The notes under the pieces are model-generated. The model saw only the letters and a program-made list of their open reading frames with translations. It had not been told where the DNA came from and did no database searches. Below, piece after piece: positions 1 through 10,998 of a DNA stretch of 64,000 nucleotides; within the stretch, counting starts at the first letter, position 1; each line of letters opens with the position of its first letter. The DNA comes from Candidatus Poribacteria bacterium (GTDB lineage Bacteria; Poribacteria; WGA-4E; WGA-3G). A program made the translations under genes and the position numbers. The stretch spans positions 32,001 through 96,000 of the forward strand of contig CAXXUA010000006.1 in NCBI GenBank assembly GCA_963663765.2, in the 5' to 3' direction.

Positions 1-1833
1 TTGGGCAATCTGATTACTGATCAAACACCACTTGAGACGCTTAAAAACCAGAATCCGGAACTGCAAATTACAATAGATGAAGCCCCTGTTGTTACGAACA
101 ACCCGCCTGTATTCAGTGATGGTATCAGCACGGCACGATTAGTTCCAGAGAACACAGAGGTGGGGACGAACATTGGTGCCCCTGTGACCGCCACGGATCC
201 GGACACTAGAGACACTTTGACTTACACCCTCGAGGGCACAGATAAAGATGCTTTTGATATTGATAGGGCAACGGGACAATTGAAAACCAAAGCAGACGTT
301 GAACTTGACTTTGAAACAAAACCCTCTTATACCATAACGGTGACTGCGACTGATACTGGAGGTCTTACCACTACAATCACGGTAAACATAAACTTACAAA
401 ACATAGATGAAGCGGTTGACAATAACCCGCCTGTATTCAGTGATAGTAGCGTTACACGATTGGTCCCTGAGGGTGTAGACGCGGGTACGAACATTGGTGA
501 CCCTGTGACCGCCATCGACCCGGACACTGGAGACACTTTGACTTACAGCCTCGGTGGCACGGATAAAGATGCTTTTGTTATTGATAACGAAACTGGACAA
601 TTGAAAACCAAAGCAGGCGTTGAACTTGACTTTGAAACAAAACCCTCTTACACCATAACGGTGACTGCCACTGATTCTGAAGGTCTTACCGCTACAATCA
701 CGGTTAACATAAACTTACAAGACGTAAATGAAACTGCAGACAACAACCCGCCTGTATTCAGTGATAGTAGCATTACACGATTGGTCCCTGAGGATGTAAG
801 CGCGGGTACGAACATTGGTGACCCTGTGACCGCCATCGACCCGGACACTGGAGACACTTTGACTTACAGCCTCGGTGGCACGGATAAAGATGCTTTTGTT
901 ATTGATAACGAAACTGGACAATTGAAAACCAAAGCAGGCGTTGAACTTGACTTTGAAACAAAACCCTCTTACACCATAACGGTGACTGCCACTGATTCTG
1001 AAGGTCTTACCGCTACAATCACGGTTAACATAAACTTACAAGACATAGATGAAGCGGTTGAAGTTGAAATAATTACAATACCAGATGAGAATTTGGCATC
1101 GGCAATCCGTGAAACGCTCAGTTTAGAGGTAGATGCAGACATCACCCAATCTGATATGGAACAACTTGAAAGTCTTTCCGCTACTAATCAAGAGATCACC
1201 GACCTCACCGGTCTTGAATATGCAATCAATCTACAGAATTTAGTTCTCACGGATAATCAAATAAGTGACATTCGTCCTCTCAGTGGGTTGATCACATTGG
1301 TTGAGTTATCATTACAGGACAATCACATTAGCGATGTCACGCCACTTGCGGGACTGATAAACCTTGATAGGTTAGACCTCGTGGGTAACCCGATTACGAA
1401 CCGAGAACCGCTTCTCACCCTTTTGCGAAATAATCGTAATGTCAAAATATACCTAAAAAATGAAAGCGAACCGTTACCTGTCACCCTATCCTATTTCCGT
1501 GCCGAACATACCGATGCGGGTGTCAAGCTGAAATGGATTACGGAGTCAGAGGTAGACAACGCTGGTTTCTACATCTACCGCAGTGAAACAAGACATGGTG
1601 AATTCAAGGTTGTGAATCCCACTATGATACAAGGCGCAGGTACAACAGGTGAACGTCATAAATACACTTGGACAGATACCACTGCTAAACTGAATACTAT
1701 CTACTATTATCGTATTAAAGATGTGTCGCATGCGGGGGAACGCGAGCAGTTAGCCACTGTTCGTCTGAGAGGATTAGTGTCTGCAAGTGGTAAACTGATA
1801 ACTCGATGGGCTGTTTTAAAAGGTAAAAGATGA
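1..1833 (+). CDS. Surface protein with 3 cadherin domains, internalin-like LRRs and a C-terminal beta-sandwich (5' end outside the window)
   Basis: Three NNPPVF..VPE..IGxPVTAxDPD..LDFETK cadherin repeats; LxxLxLxxNxIxDxxPL LRRs; PLPVTLSYF...NAGFYIYRS domain; ends GKLITRWAVLKGKR. Confidence 0.85.
   Translation: MGNLITDQTPLETLKNQNPELQITIDEAPVVTNNPPVFSDGISTARLVPENTEVGTNIGAPVTATDPDTRDTLTYTLEGTDKDAFDIDRATGQLKTKADVELDFETKPSYTITVTATDTGGLTTTITVNINLQNIDEAVDNNPPVFSDSSVTRLVPEGVDAGTNIGDPVTAIDPDTGDTLTYSLGGTDKDAFVIDNETGQLKTKAGVELDFETKPSYTITVTATDSEGLTATITVNINLQDVNETADNNPPVFSDSSITRLVPEDVSAGTNIGDPVTAIDPDTGDTLTYSLGGTDKDAFVIDNETGQLKTKAGVELDFETKPSYTITVTATDSEGLTATITVNINLQDIDEAVEVEIITIPDENLASAIRETLSLEVDADITQSDMEQLESLSATNQEITDLTGLEYAINLQNLVLTDNQISDIRPLSGLITLVELSLQDNHISDVTPLAGLINLDRLDLVGNPITNREPLLTLLRNNRNVKIYLKNESEPLPVTLSYFRAEHTDAGVKLKWITESEVDNAGFYIYRSETRHGEFKVVNPTMIQGAGTTGERHKYTWTDTTAKLNTIYYYRIKDVSHAGEREQLATVRLRGLVSASGKLITRWAVLKGKR
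97..1060 (+). repeat. Three tandem ~321-bp intragenic cadherin-coding repeats
   Basis: Units start at 97, 421 and 742; units 2 and 3 are nearly identical at DNA level. Confidence 0.9.
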
Positions 1834-2212
1834 TAGCTGTGCGATCCGTGTAAGTTGTCTGAACCAGGATTAGCGGATTTGTCTGAACCAGGATTCACAG
1901 GATTAGTAGATTTCCAGGATTAGCATCTGGTGCATCTTGCCTCCATTCAAAAGAAAACATCAATGTGTATCATAAAGATTGGATAGGGTAATCCCGTGGA
2001 ATGCCCTAAAGCATTCATACCCGGGGAATGCTTTAGGGCATTCATACCGTTGATTTCTTGATTTGTGAATCCTGGTTCAGACAGAAGCGCGCAGACTGTC
2101 GGGTGGTGTGGCGTGCTTACAAAGCACGCCACACCAAGAGGTTTTCTCCGCGATTCCGCACACCAATCCGCGTCATCCGTTGTTACTGAAAACTAAAAAC
2201 TACTAACTAACA

Positions 2213-3298
2213 TCACTCAGCCACGGTACGCGTGATGACAGAATGGTCAGCACTACCAGTCACAAGGACACTCCCATCCGGACTGAATGCAACGCTGTTC
2301 ACTTGAGCCACATGATCCGTGAATGTTTCCAGTTCCGACCCGCTGTTTGCATCCCACAGACGCGCGGTCATGTCCCAACTGGCAGTCGCGACCTTGCTAC
2401 TATCCGAACTGAACGCAACGCCGATGACTTGAGCCGTATGTCCCGTGAGCGTACGCAGGTGCATGCCATCGGATGCGTCCCACAAACGAGCGGTGTTGTC
2501 AGAACAGCCACTGGCGATCATACTCCCATCCGGACTGAACACGACGCTGTTTATATCATGCGTATGTCCTGTCATCGTGCGGATCTCCGTGCCATCGCTG
2601 ACGTTCCACATACGGACGGTATCGTCATAACTGCCACTGACGAGCGTGTCCCCATCCGGACTGAACGCAACCGTTCTGGCAGCATCCGTGTGTCCTTCAA
2701 GCTTGCGAATTTCCGTGCCGTTGCTTGGGTTCCAAAAACGGATGGTGCGGTCGAAACCAGCAGTCGCAAGAATATCACCATCCGGATTGAACGCAACATA
2801 AGTGACACTATCCGTATGTCCTGTGATGGTGAGGATTTCAGAACCGTCGCTCGTGTCCCACAGACGCGCAGTGTTGTCAAAAGCAGCAGTCGCGAGCATA
2901 GTGCCATCCGGACTGAACGTTATGTTTCTGACAATATCCGTATGTCCTGTGAGCGTGTGTAGTTCAGTGCCATCGCTTGCGTCCCACAACTTGGCGGTGT
3001 TGTCATAAGCACCACTTGCGATCATGTCGCCTTCCGGACTGAACGCCACGCTGTAGATGGTATTCGTATGTCCTGTGAGAGAACCGACAAAATAGACTTC
3101 TTCCGGTTCTTCGGGTTCTTCCGGTTCCTCAGGTTCTTCCGGTTCCTCAGGTTCTTCCGGTTCGGTTCCATTCGTTTGGTTATCCATGTTGTTAGCCATC
3201 ATTTGGTCGTCTTTATCTGTTGTGTCATCATCATCGCCGCCACATGCGACCATCATAATGCAGACAAGAATGCTGAGTATCACTAAACTTTTTTTCAT
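2213..3298 (-). CDS. WD40-repeat lipoprotein with a (PEE)n linker
   Basis: ATG at 3298 after AAGGAG; signal MKKSLVILSILVCIMMVAC-GG; 7 GH..V.SVAFSPDG..WD repeats; 9-bp PEE repeat ~3099-3165. Confidence 0.9.
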   Translation of the reverse strand: MKKSLVILSILVCIMMVACGGDDDDTTDKDDQMMANNMDNQTNGTEPEEPEEPEEPEEPEEPEEPEEVYFVGSLTGHTNTIYSVAFSPEGDMIASGAYDNTAKLWDASDGTELHTLTGHTDIVRNITFSPDGTMLATAAFDNTARLWDTSDGSEILTITGHTDSVTYVAFNPDGDILATAGFDRTIRFWNPSNGTEIRKLEGHTDAARTVAFSPDGDTLVSGSYDDTVRMWNVSDGTEIRTMTGHTHDINSVVFSPDGSMIASGCSDNTARLWDASDGMHLRTLTGHTAQVIGVAFSSDSSKVATASWDMTARLWDANSGSELETFTDHVAQVNSVAFSPDGSVLVTGSADHSVITRTVAE

Positions 3299-3330
3299 CT
3301 TATACTCCTTTTTAATTGAATTTTGCTGCA

Positions 3331-3359
3331 ATTATAATTCATAAACAAAATTATGTCAA
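3331..3359 (-). promoter_or_regulatory. Sigma70-type promoter TTGACA-N17-TATAAT
   Basis: Perfect consensus about 30 nt upstream of the ATG at 3298. Confidence 0.75.
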
Positions 3360-3523
3360 GATGTGGTAAATCCTGAAAATCCGTGATTCTGTCTGAAACA
3401 GGATTTTCAGGATTAGTATATTTTCAGGATTACGCTATCAAGTTGCAGGCGGGGAATGCCTTTTGGCATTCCCCGGATATGAATACCTTATGGTATTCGC
3501 CGCCTGCAAGTGAGGCAAAACAA

Positions 3524-3552
3524 TTGACAATGTTATCGTTTTATGATGTAAT
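3524..3552 (+). promoter_or_regulatory. Sigma70-type promoter TTGACA-N17-TGTAAT (extended -10)
   Basis: Upstream of the AAGGAG RBS and ATG 3587; related sequence precedes the paralogs near 15410-15440, 16725-16755 and 21320-21350. Confidence 0.6.
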
Positions 3553-3586
3553 ATGTCCAAATATTACATCACAAAAGGAGTTATGT

Positions 3587-4627
3587 ATGAAAAGATGCTT
3601 ATTGATGATACTCAGTCTTTTCCTCGCTATGATGATCGTTGCGTGTGGAGGTGATGATGATGAGACAACTACACCTATAGAAGACGATAATATGGTGATG
3701 GATAACGGCACACAAACGCCTATAGAACTGCTACCAGAACCTGTCAGGACCTATTATTCAGGCACACTCATAGGACATACGGGTGATGTTGATTCCGTCG
3801 CGTTTAGTCCGGATGGGAGCATTCTCGCCAGTGGAAGTAGAGACAACACCGTTCGTTTGTGGAACACAAGTGACGGCACGCCTCTTCGCACACTCACAGG
3901 ACATACGGGTGATGTTGTTTCCGTGGCTTTCAGTCCGGATGGGAGCATACTCGCCAGTGGGAGTTATGACTACACCGTGCGTTTGTGGAACACAAGTGAC
4001 GGCACACCTCTCCACACACTTACAGGGCATACGTTTGCTGTCCTCAGCATATCATTCAGTCCGGATGGTAAGACAATTGTGAGTTGCAGTAGTGACAACA
4101 CCATCCGTTTGTGGAATGTAGACGACGGCACACACCTCCGCACGTTCACAGAACATACGCATTTTGTCTTGGATGTCGCTTTCAGTCCGGATGGTAAAAC
4201 TCTCGCCAGTTGCAGTGGGGACAACACTATCCGTTTGTGGAATGTAAGTGATGGTCAACAGCTCCAAATCTTTACAGAACTAACAGGAATCGTCGCTTTC
4301 AGTCCGGATGGAGACACCCTCGCCACTGTCAGTAGAGATGACATCCGTTTGTTGAACGTAAGTGACGGCTCGCATATCCGTACACTCAGAGGGCATTTGA
4401 ATAGTGTTTGGGACGTCGCGTTCAGTCCGGATGGTAAAACTCTCGCCAGTTGCAGTATTGACAGGACCGTCCGTTTGTGGAATGTAGACGACGGCTTGCT
4501 TCTTCGCACGTTCACATCCACATCGATTTTTGATGTTTTGTGGAGCGTAGCGTTCAGTTCTGACGGTAATGCCCTCGCCAGTGGTAGTCAGGAAAATACC
4601 ATCCGTCTGTGGGATGTACGTGAGTGA
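3587..4627 (+). CDS. WD40-repeat lipoprotein
   Basis: ATG 3587 after AAAAGGAG; MKRCLLMILSLFLAMMIVAC-GG lipobox; 7 WD40 repeats. The ORF-track start at 3383 lies in repeat DNA. Confidence 0.9.
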   Translation: MKRCLLMILSLFLAMMIVACGGDDDETTTPIEDDNMVMDNGTQTPIELLPEPVRTYYSGTLIGHTGDVDSVAFSPDGSILASGSRDNTVRLWNTSDGTPLRTLTGHTGDVVSVAFSPDGSILASGSYDYTVRLWNTSDGTPLHTLTGHTFAVLSISFSPDGKTIVSCSSDNTIRLWNVDDGTHLRTFTEHTHFVLDVAFSPDGKTLASCSGDNTIRLWNVSDGQQLQIFTELTGIVAFSPDGDTLATVSRDDIRLLNVSDGSHIRTLRGHLNSVWDVAFSPDGKTLASCSIDRTVRLWNVDDGLLLRTFTSTSIFDVLWSVAFSSDGNALASGSQENTIRLWDVRE

Positions 4628-4774
4628 TGCGGGTTATCTGAACCAGGATTTTCAGGATTAGTAGATTTCCAGGATTACGCTATCCAGTTGCAGGCGGGGA
4701 ATGCATAAATGCGAATGCGCGTATGGCATTCGCCATGATTCATACCGTTGATTTGGTGCTTTGTAAGCGCCCCC

Positions 4775-4917
4775 CATAGGCGTCAATTTAAGAAAATATT
4801 GTTGTCATTTTTCTTGTGGGAGGGGTTTTCAACCCCGATTTGAGCGGAAATGCACTAAAAAATCGGGGTTGAAAACCCCTCCCACAAAAGGTGAAAATCC
4901 TTAAATTGACGCCTATG
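4775..4917. mobile_element. MITE with CATAGGCGTCAATTTAAG terminal inverted repeats, carrying a REP doublet
   Basis: Perfect 18-bp TIRs; flanked by a 19-bp direct repeat GTGCTTTGTAAGCGC(C/G)CCC at 4756-4774 and 4918-4936. Confidence 0.8.
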
Positions 4918-5233
4918 GTGCTTTGTAAGCGCGCCCTCTTGTCTGACCCAGGATTTTCAGGATTACCAGATTTTCAGGATTAGAGTCTGGTGCATCTTGC
5001 CTCCATTCACCAGATAACATCAATGTGTATCAAAAATCCTTGATAGCATAATCCTGATAATCCACTAATCCCGGGGAATGCTATATAGCATTCATACCGT
5101 TGATTTCTTGATTTGAAAATCCTGGTTCAGACACTCCGTGTAATCTGCGATTCAGAACACAAATCCGCCTCACCTGCTATTCCGAACACAAACCAGCGTC
5201 CTCCGTGTAATCCTTGTTTCCGTTCACACCATA

Positions 5234-7123
5234 CTACTGAACATCCCAGAGCATGACCGTGTCCTGACGAGTCAGGCTACCCAACGTCTTTCCATCTGAT
5301 GTGAACGCAACTTTGGTAACAGAAGCGTAATGCCACGAAAATGTGTGCTGCACAGTCCCTGTCGTTGCATCTAATACCTTCACTGCACCTAAATTATACC
5401 CCACGGCGAGCCGCTTACCATCCGGGCTATAAGCAAGACTCAAGACATGATCGTCTTGGTGCTTGAATGCCGTGTTCATCGTGTGCTTCTGCGTATCCCA
5501 CAGATATATGGTTTTGGTATGGTCCGCAATCGCAAACGTTTTGCCATCCGGACTATAGGCGAGACTTGCAATCCTGTCAAACTTTTCTCGGATGACATGT
5601 TTGACCGTGCCAGTGTCCACATGCCATAGACGCACAGTCTTATCACTACTGCCACTTACCAGGGTTTTGCCATCCGGACTATAAACAATATCCGTAACAC
5701 TCTGTTTATGCCCTTCAAGTGTGCGTTGATGTTCACCTGTTCCGACATCCCAGAGGCGAATCGTGTTATCCTTACGACCCGTTGCGAGTGTTTTGCCATC
5801 CGGACTATATGCGACACACAAGGGATACGACTTATGTCCGTTCAGCACCATTTTTATTTTACCTGTCCCTCGATCCCACACGTTGACACCGCTTCCGTAA
5901 TTCGCAATAGCGATCATCTTGCCATCCGGACTCAACGCAACGTCAGCGAAAGGCGAATATCCATCATTGATAAATGTTTTCTGTAGACCGCACGATGTCA
6001 CATCCCATAGATAGACATGAGTGGCAAAACCCTGTGAGACGATATTGTCATCATCCGGACAGAAAGCAAAGCAGGTGAAAATGCCTAAGTGTTCATTTTC
6101 CGTATATATGTTTTTCCCAGAAGCAACGTCCCAGAAACGGAGTGTATTGTCTATACCGGTACTCGCGATGGTGCGATAATCAGGATTGAATGCAACTGTC
6201 ATCACTTGGTCATTATGACCTTTAAGCGTTTGCGCCTTTTCGGCGGTGTCTGTCAGGTATAACTGGATCGTTCCATCTGAGTTGCAAGTGGCAAAAAGGG
6301 TGCTGTCCGGACTAAAGACGATGCTATTAAAAACGTCCTTCTGAATATTGATGGTGTGTAGTTGTTTGCCTGTTTCCGTGTTCCAGAGGCGAATGTTCTT
6401 TGCACCTCCCACGCTTGCCAAGATTGCACCGTCGTGACTGAACGTTAAAGACTTCGGATGTGTCTCGTGTCCTTTGAGTGTCCGTATATTTTTACCGGTA
6501 AAGAGATCCCACACATGTATGTTATTATTGTTATCATATCCGGTTGCTAACAGTAGCTTAGCATCACAGATGGCACTGCAAAAAATGTGTTCACCAATAT
6601 CTTGTATCTGTGCAAGCTCGTGTTTTTTCTCGCCTGTGTCAGCATCCCAAGTAATTGTTTCCCCGTTGTCATCAAAGGTCACAAAGGATTTTGAATCTGA
6701 TGCGAAAGCGACATATAGGACACGTGCCTCGTAGTTAAGTCTATATTTATGCGTGCCTGTTTTGCTATCCCACAGATGGACGACACCCTTTAGTCCATTA
6801 CTGGCAAGCAGCTGCCCATCCGGACTAAAAACGATATTCGTGACATACGTTTTATGTTTGCTCAGCAAACGGATTGGCTGAAAGGTGAGTGTGTCATAAA
6901 TCCAGACACCGAGAGATGTTGCTACCGCCAGCTGTCTGCCATCCGCGTTGTATTGTATATCGTTTATGCGACCTTTACCGATACGTGCTTTTGCCCCTTC
7001 CGGTAAGTCTATGAAAGCACTCGAGACCTGTGCACAAACCGTGGGATGATAGAGGATTGAAAGGGCAAAAAGCAGCAGCCATATTGTTGTGTGAAATCTG
7101 TTTTGGATATGCATGTGTATCAC
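5234..7123 (-). CDS. Secreted WD40 double beta-propeller protein
   Basis: Signal peptide, LPEGAKARIGKG lead-in, ~14 diverged WD40 repeats. Confidence 0.88.
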   Translation of the reverse strand: MIHMHIQNRFHTTIWLLLFALSILYHPTVCAQVSSAFIDLPEGAKARIGKGRINDIQYNADGRQLAVATSLGVWIYDTLTFQPIRLLSKHKTYVTNIVFSPDGQLLASNGLKGVVHLWDSKTGTHKYRLNYEARVLYVAFASDSKSFVTFDDNGETITWDADTGEKKHELAQIQDIGEHIFCSAICDAKLLLATGYDNNNNIHVWDLFTGKNIRTLKGHETHPKSLTFSHDGAILASVGGAKNIRLWNTETGKQLHTINIQKDVFNSIVFSPDSTLFATCNSDGTIQLYLTDTAEKAQTLKGHNDQVMTVAFNPDYRTIASTGIDNTLRFWDVASGKNIYTENEHLGIFTCFAFCPDDDNIVSQGFATHVYLWDVTSCGLQKTFINDGYSPFADVALSPDGKMIAIANYGSGVNVWDRGTGKIKMVLNGHKSYPLCVAYSPDGKTLATGRKDNTIRLWDVGTGEHQRTLEGHKQSVTDIVYSPDGKTLVSGSSDKTVRLWHVDTGTVKHVIREKFDRIASLAYSPDGKTFAIADHTKTIYLWDTQKHTMNTAFKHQDDHVLSLAYSPDGKRLAVGYNLGAVKVLDATTGTVQHTFSWHYASVTKVAFTSDGKTLGSLTRQDTVMLWDVQ

Positions 7124-7541
7124 CTGTATATATTATACCAAATTAATCTATACTGTGCCATGTTGTAGGCGGGGAATGCCTAAATGGCATTCATACCGTT
7201 GATTTGGTGCTTTGTAAGTGCGCCCTCTTATCTGAACCAGGATTTACAGGATTTACGGATTTACAGGATTTCCCCCATTAGATGTTTCTTCTTAGAGAAA
7301 GTCTATCTTTTCAATGGACTCAACGGCATAAAACTCACAATCCTGAAAATCTGGTAATCCTGTAAATCCTGGTTCAGACAGCATTAGATGTTTCTGCTTA
7401 GAGAAAGTCTATCTTTTCAATGGAACCCAACAGCATAAAACTCACAATCCTGTCCATCCGGTAATCCTGTCCATCCTGGTTCAGACAAATAACATCTGTG
7501 TCCTCCGCGATTCAGAACGCACACCCCGCGTTGGTAGGAAC

Positions 7542-9003
7542 GGGTGTGTAAAGTTTTTGTAGAAATACTGATGTGTAAAGAGATGTTGCGAAATTTAATA
7601 AAAAATGGTACCCTTTCCTAATAATCAAATTATAATCATATTTATAGGAGAGGATACCAATGCTCAATATTAATATAAGTATACCATCAGAGTGTCACGA
7701 AATCAAGGAGATTTTAGAAGAGATCGCTGAGGTTACTGGAACACTTTCGTCATCCCCTTGCGTCCCATTAGAAGAAGTTGAGACTTGTGTGCGAGACCTT
7801 ATGCTTAGAAATGCTCAAAAGTTAGTAGAAGCGTGTGTATCAGCACATGCTTCTCAGCAATCAGAAGAACCTGTTGAATGCCCAGAATGTGAACAAGTGT
7901 GTCGTCCGATACAGAAGCGCGGTGTGAATATCACGACACTTTGTGGCAAGATCCGTGTGAACCGTTGGGTGTATAAATGTAGTTCGGGACATTACCATAG
8001 ACCTTGGGATGTGCGGCAAAAGTTGATAGGTAAATGGACGCGTCGTGTTGTAGAACGGATATGTAATGTTGCTGCTCATTTTGACTATAGAGCCGCGGTA
8101 AAAGAGTTGTCTTTTCAAGGGATAGAAGTGAGCCATACGGCAGTGCGTGAAAAAGTGCTTGAATGTTCAGAAGATTTGAATGTGTGTGAACAAGTAGAAT
8201 GCCAAACCCTTGAAGACAATCAGCGTTGGTATGTGAGTTGTGATGGATGCCACACCAACTCACAAGAGGGGTGGAAAGAAACCAAAGTTGGTTGTATTTA
8301 TAGAGATTATCCACAACCTCCGAATAGTTCTGGTGCGACACCGAGTGCGAGAACACCAAGCATTCGTTATGTTGCTGAGCGTGAGAATGCGGCTCATTTC
8401 GGTAAAGAGTTGTATAAGTTAGCAACGCAGAGCGGCATCTATCAAGAAGATATAGGGACGCAAGAGGTCGTATTTATCGGAGATGGAGCGGCGTGGATAT
8501 GGAACTTAGCGGATGAATACTTCCCGAATGCTGTAGAGATTGTGGATTACATGCATGCCAAATCACATCTTTATGATGTGGCTAAAGTTGCCTTTGGTGA
8601 GACAGAAACAGAAGACGTAGAAACTTGGGTCACAGAGACAGAACCCTTTCTTTTTGATGGCAACATTCCAGAAGTTGTCTCACGTATCCGTGCTTTAGCC
8701 ACACAGCACCCAGACGTTTGTGAGATTTTAGTAAGAGAAACAGGTTATTTTGAAAAACACGCGAAACGGATGCAATATAAGACGTTTAGAGAAAAGGGGT
8801 ATCAGGTTGGGAGTGGTGTGATTGAGAGTGCGTGTAAACATGTTGTGGGACAAAGGTGTAAACAAGCAGCTATGAGATGGAAAAAAGAAGGTATCAACTC
8901 AGTGCTTGCTTTACGGTGTTTAGTCAAAAATAAGGCGTGGGACAGATATTGGATGCAACACCCACAAGCAGCATGAAACTTATAACCAAAACTTTACACA
9001 CCC
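7542..9003 (+). mobile_element. ISKra4-family insertion sequence
   Basis: TIR GGGTGTGTAAAGTTTT at both ends; 9-bp TSD GGTAGGAAC at 7533-7541 and 9004-9012. Confidence 0.9.
7660..8976 (+). CDS. ISKra4-family DDE transposase
   Basis: CPEC zinc knuckle, SCDG, IGDGAAWIW, DYMHA, VGSGVIESACK motifs. Confidence 0.88.
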   Translation: MLNINISIPSECHEIKEILEEIAEVTGTLSSSPCVPLEEVETCVRDLMLRNAQKLVEACVSAHASQQSEEPVECPECEQVCRPIQKRGVNITTLCGKIRVNRWVYKCSSGHYHRPWDVRQKLIGKWTRRVVERICNVAAHFDYRAAVKELSFQGIEVSHTAVREKVLECSEDLNVCEQVECQTLEDNQRWYVSCDGCHTNSQEGWKETKVGCIYRDYPQPPNSSGATPSARTPSIRYVAERENAAHFGKELYKLATQSGIYQEDIGTQEVVFIGDGAAWIWNLADEYFPNAVEIVDYMHAKSHLYDVAKVAFGETETEDVETWVTETEPFLFDGNIPEVVSRIRALATQHPDVCEILVRETGYFEKHAKRMQYKTFREKGYQVGSGVIESACKHVVGQRCKQAAMRWKKEGINSVLALRCLVKNKAWDRYWMQHPQAA

Positions 9004-9082
9004 GGTAGGAACGACCTCTTTGACTAAATAAGAAATCTATGCTAAACTACACACTAAATCAAATAATCAAAGAAGGTATATA

Positions 9083-10930
9083 ATGAAAAAACTATTAATA
9101 CCAATCCTAATGACAATGATCATCACCCTCATCACAGCATGCAGCAACAACTCAAAATCACAAAATACACAAATTGTTCTACCCGAAGGCGCAAAAACAC
9201 GACTCGGTAAAGGAACTATCGGACAGATTCAGTTCTCACCAGACAGCACCAAACTTGCCGTAGCGAGTCGTATCGGTATCTGGATTTACAACGCAAAAAC
9301 AGGTGAAGAAATTGACCTATATGCAGGACAAACGAGATATGTGTCTTCTATAGCATTTAGTCCTGATGGCAACACACTCGCAGGCGGAAGTTGGGACGAA
9401 ACTATCCGACTGTGGGATGTCAAGACAGGTGAGCATACCCGCACCCTTCAAGGACATACGGGGGCTGTTATTTCTGTAGGATTTAGTCCTGATGGTAAGA
9501 CACTTGCAAGTGCAAGTGTGGACAAAACTATCCGGCTGTGGGACGTCAAGACAGGTGAACATACCCACACACTTCAAGGACATACGAGATATGTGTCTTC
9601 TATAGCATTTAGTCTGGATGGCAACACACTCGCAAGTGGAAGTTGGGACGAAACGATCCGGCTGTGGGACGTCAAGACAGCTGAACATACCCGCACCCTT
9701 CAAGGACATACGAGGGCTGTCCTTTCTGTAGCATTTAGTCCTGATGGTAAGACACTAGCGAGCGGAAGTTCGGACGAAACGATCCGGCTGTGGGACGCCA
9801 AGACAGCTGAACATATCCACACCCTTCAAGGACATACAGAGATTGTCCTTTCTGTAGCATTTAGTCCTGATGGTAGCACTATCGCAAGTGGAAGTGAGGA
9901 CGATACAATTTGGCTGTGGGACGCCAAGACAGCTGAACATACTCACACACTTCAAGGACATAGGGGAGATGTTAGATCTGTAGCATTTAGTCCTGATGGT
10001 AAGACACTCGCAAGTGGAAGTTGGGCCGAAACTATCCGGCTGTGGGACGCCAAGACAGCTGAACATATCCACACCTTTCAAGGACATACAGGGATTGTCC
10101 TTTCTGTAGCATTTAGTCCTGATGGCAAGACACTCGTAAGTGGAAGTGAGGACGATACAATTCGGTTGTGGGACGCCAAGACAGCTGAACATATCCACAC
10201 CCTTCAAGGACATACTGAGTCTGTTATTTCTGTAGCATTTAGTCCTGATGGTAGCACTATCGCAAGTGGAAGTGAGGACGATACAATTTGGCTGTGGGAC
10301 GCCAAGACAGCTGAACATATCCACACCTTTCAAGGACATACTGAGTCTGTTATTTCTGTAGCATTTAGTCCGGATGGTAGCACTATCGCAAGTGGAAGTG
10401 GGGACGATACGATCCGGCTGTGGGATGCCAAGACAGCTGAACATATCCGCACCCTTCAAGGACATACTGAGTCTGTTATTTCTGTAGCATTTAGTCCTGA
10501 TGGTAGCACTATCGCAAGTGGAAGTTATGACGATACAATTCGGCTGTGGGTCGTCAAGACAGCTGAACATATCCACACCCTTCAAGGACATACTGTGTCT
10601 GTTAATTCTTTAGCGTTTAGTCCTGATGGTAAGACACTCGCAAGTGCAAGTAGGGACAAAACTATCCGGCTGTGGGACGCCAAGACAGCTGAACATCTCC
10701 GCACCTTTCAAGGACATACTGATTATGTTAATTCTGTAGCATTTAGTCCGGATGGTAACACACTCGCAAGTGGGAGTAGGGACAAAACTATCCGACTGTG
10801 GGATTCCAAGACAGCTGAACATACCCACACACTTCAAGGACATAGGGGAGATGTTAGATCTTTAGCATTTAGTCCGGATGGTAAGACACTCGCAAGTGCA
10901 AGTGTGGACGGCACCATACTGCTGTGGTAA
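9083..10930 (+). CDS. WD40 lipoprotein with ~13 highly conserved 126-bp internal repeats
   Basis: Lipobox ITAC; LPEGAKTRLGKG lead-in; near-identical TLQGH..V.SVAFSPDG.T.ASGS.D.TIRLWDAKTAEH units. Confidence 0.92.
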   Translation: MKKLLIPILMTMIITLITACSNNSKSQNTQIVLPEGAKTRLGKGTIGQIQFSPDSTKLAVASRIGIWIYNAKTGEEIDLYAGQTRYVSSIAFSPDGNTLAGGSWDETIRLWDVKTGEHTRTLQGHTGAVISVGFSPDGKTLASASVDKTIRLWDVKTGEHTHTLQGHTRYVSSIAFSLDGNTLASGSWDETIRLWDVKTAEHTRTLQGHTRAVLSVAFSPDGKTLASGSSDETIRLWDAKTAEHIHTLQGHTEIVLSVAFSPDGSTIASGSEDDTIWLWDAKTAEHTHTLQGHRGDVRSVAFSPDGKTLASGSWAETIRLWDAKTAEHIHTFQGHTGIVLSVAFSPDGKTLVSGSEDDTIRLWDAKTAEHIHTLQGHTESVISVAFSPDGSTIASGSEDDTIWLWDAKTAEHIHTFQGHTESVISVAFSPDGSTIASGSGDDTIRLWDAKTAEHIRTLQGHTESVISVAFSPDGSTIASGSYDDTIRLWVVKTAEHIHTLQGHTVSVNSLAFSPDGKTLASASRDKTIRLWDAKTAEHLRTFQGHTDYVNSVAFSPDGNTLASGSRDKTIRLWDSKTAEHTHTLQGHRGDVRSLAFSPDGKTLASASVDGTILLW

Positions 10931-10998
10931 CTGCATCCTATCTTTTGGAGGGTTCCCTCTTATGGGAGGGGTTTTCAACCCAGACGAACTCCAACGTT

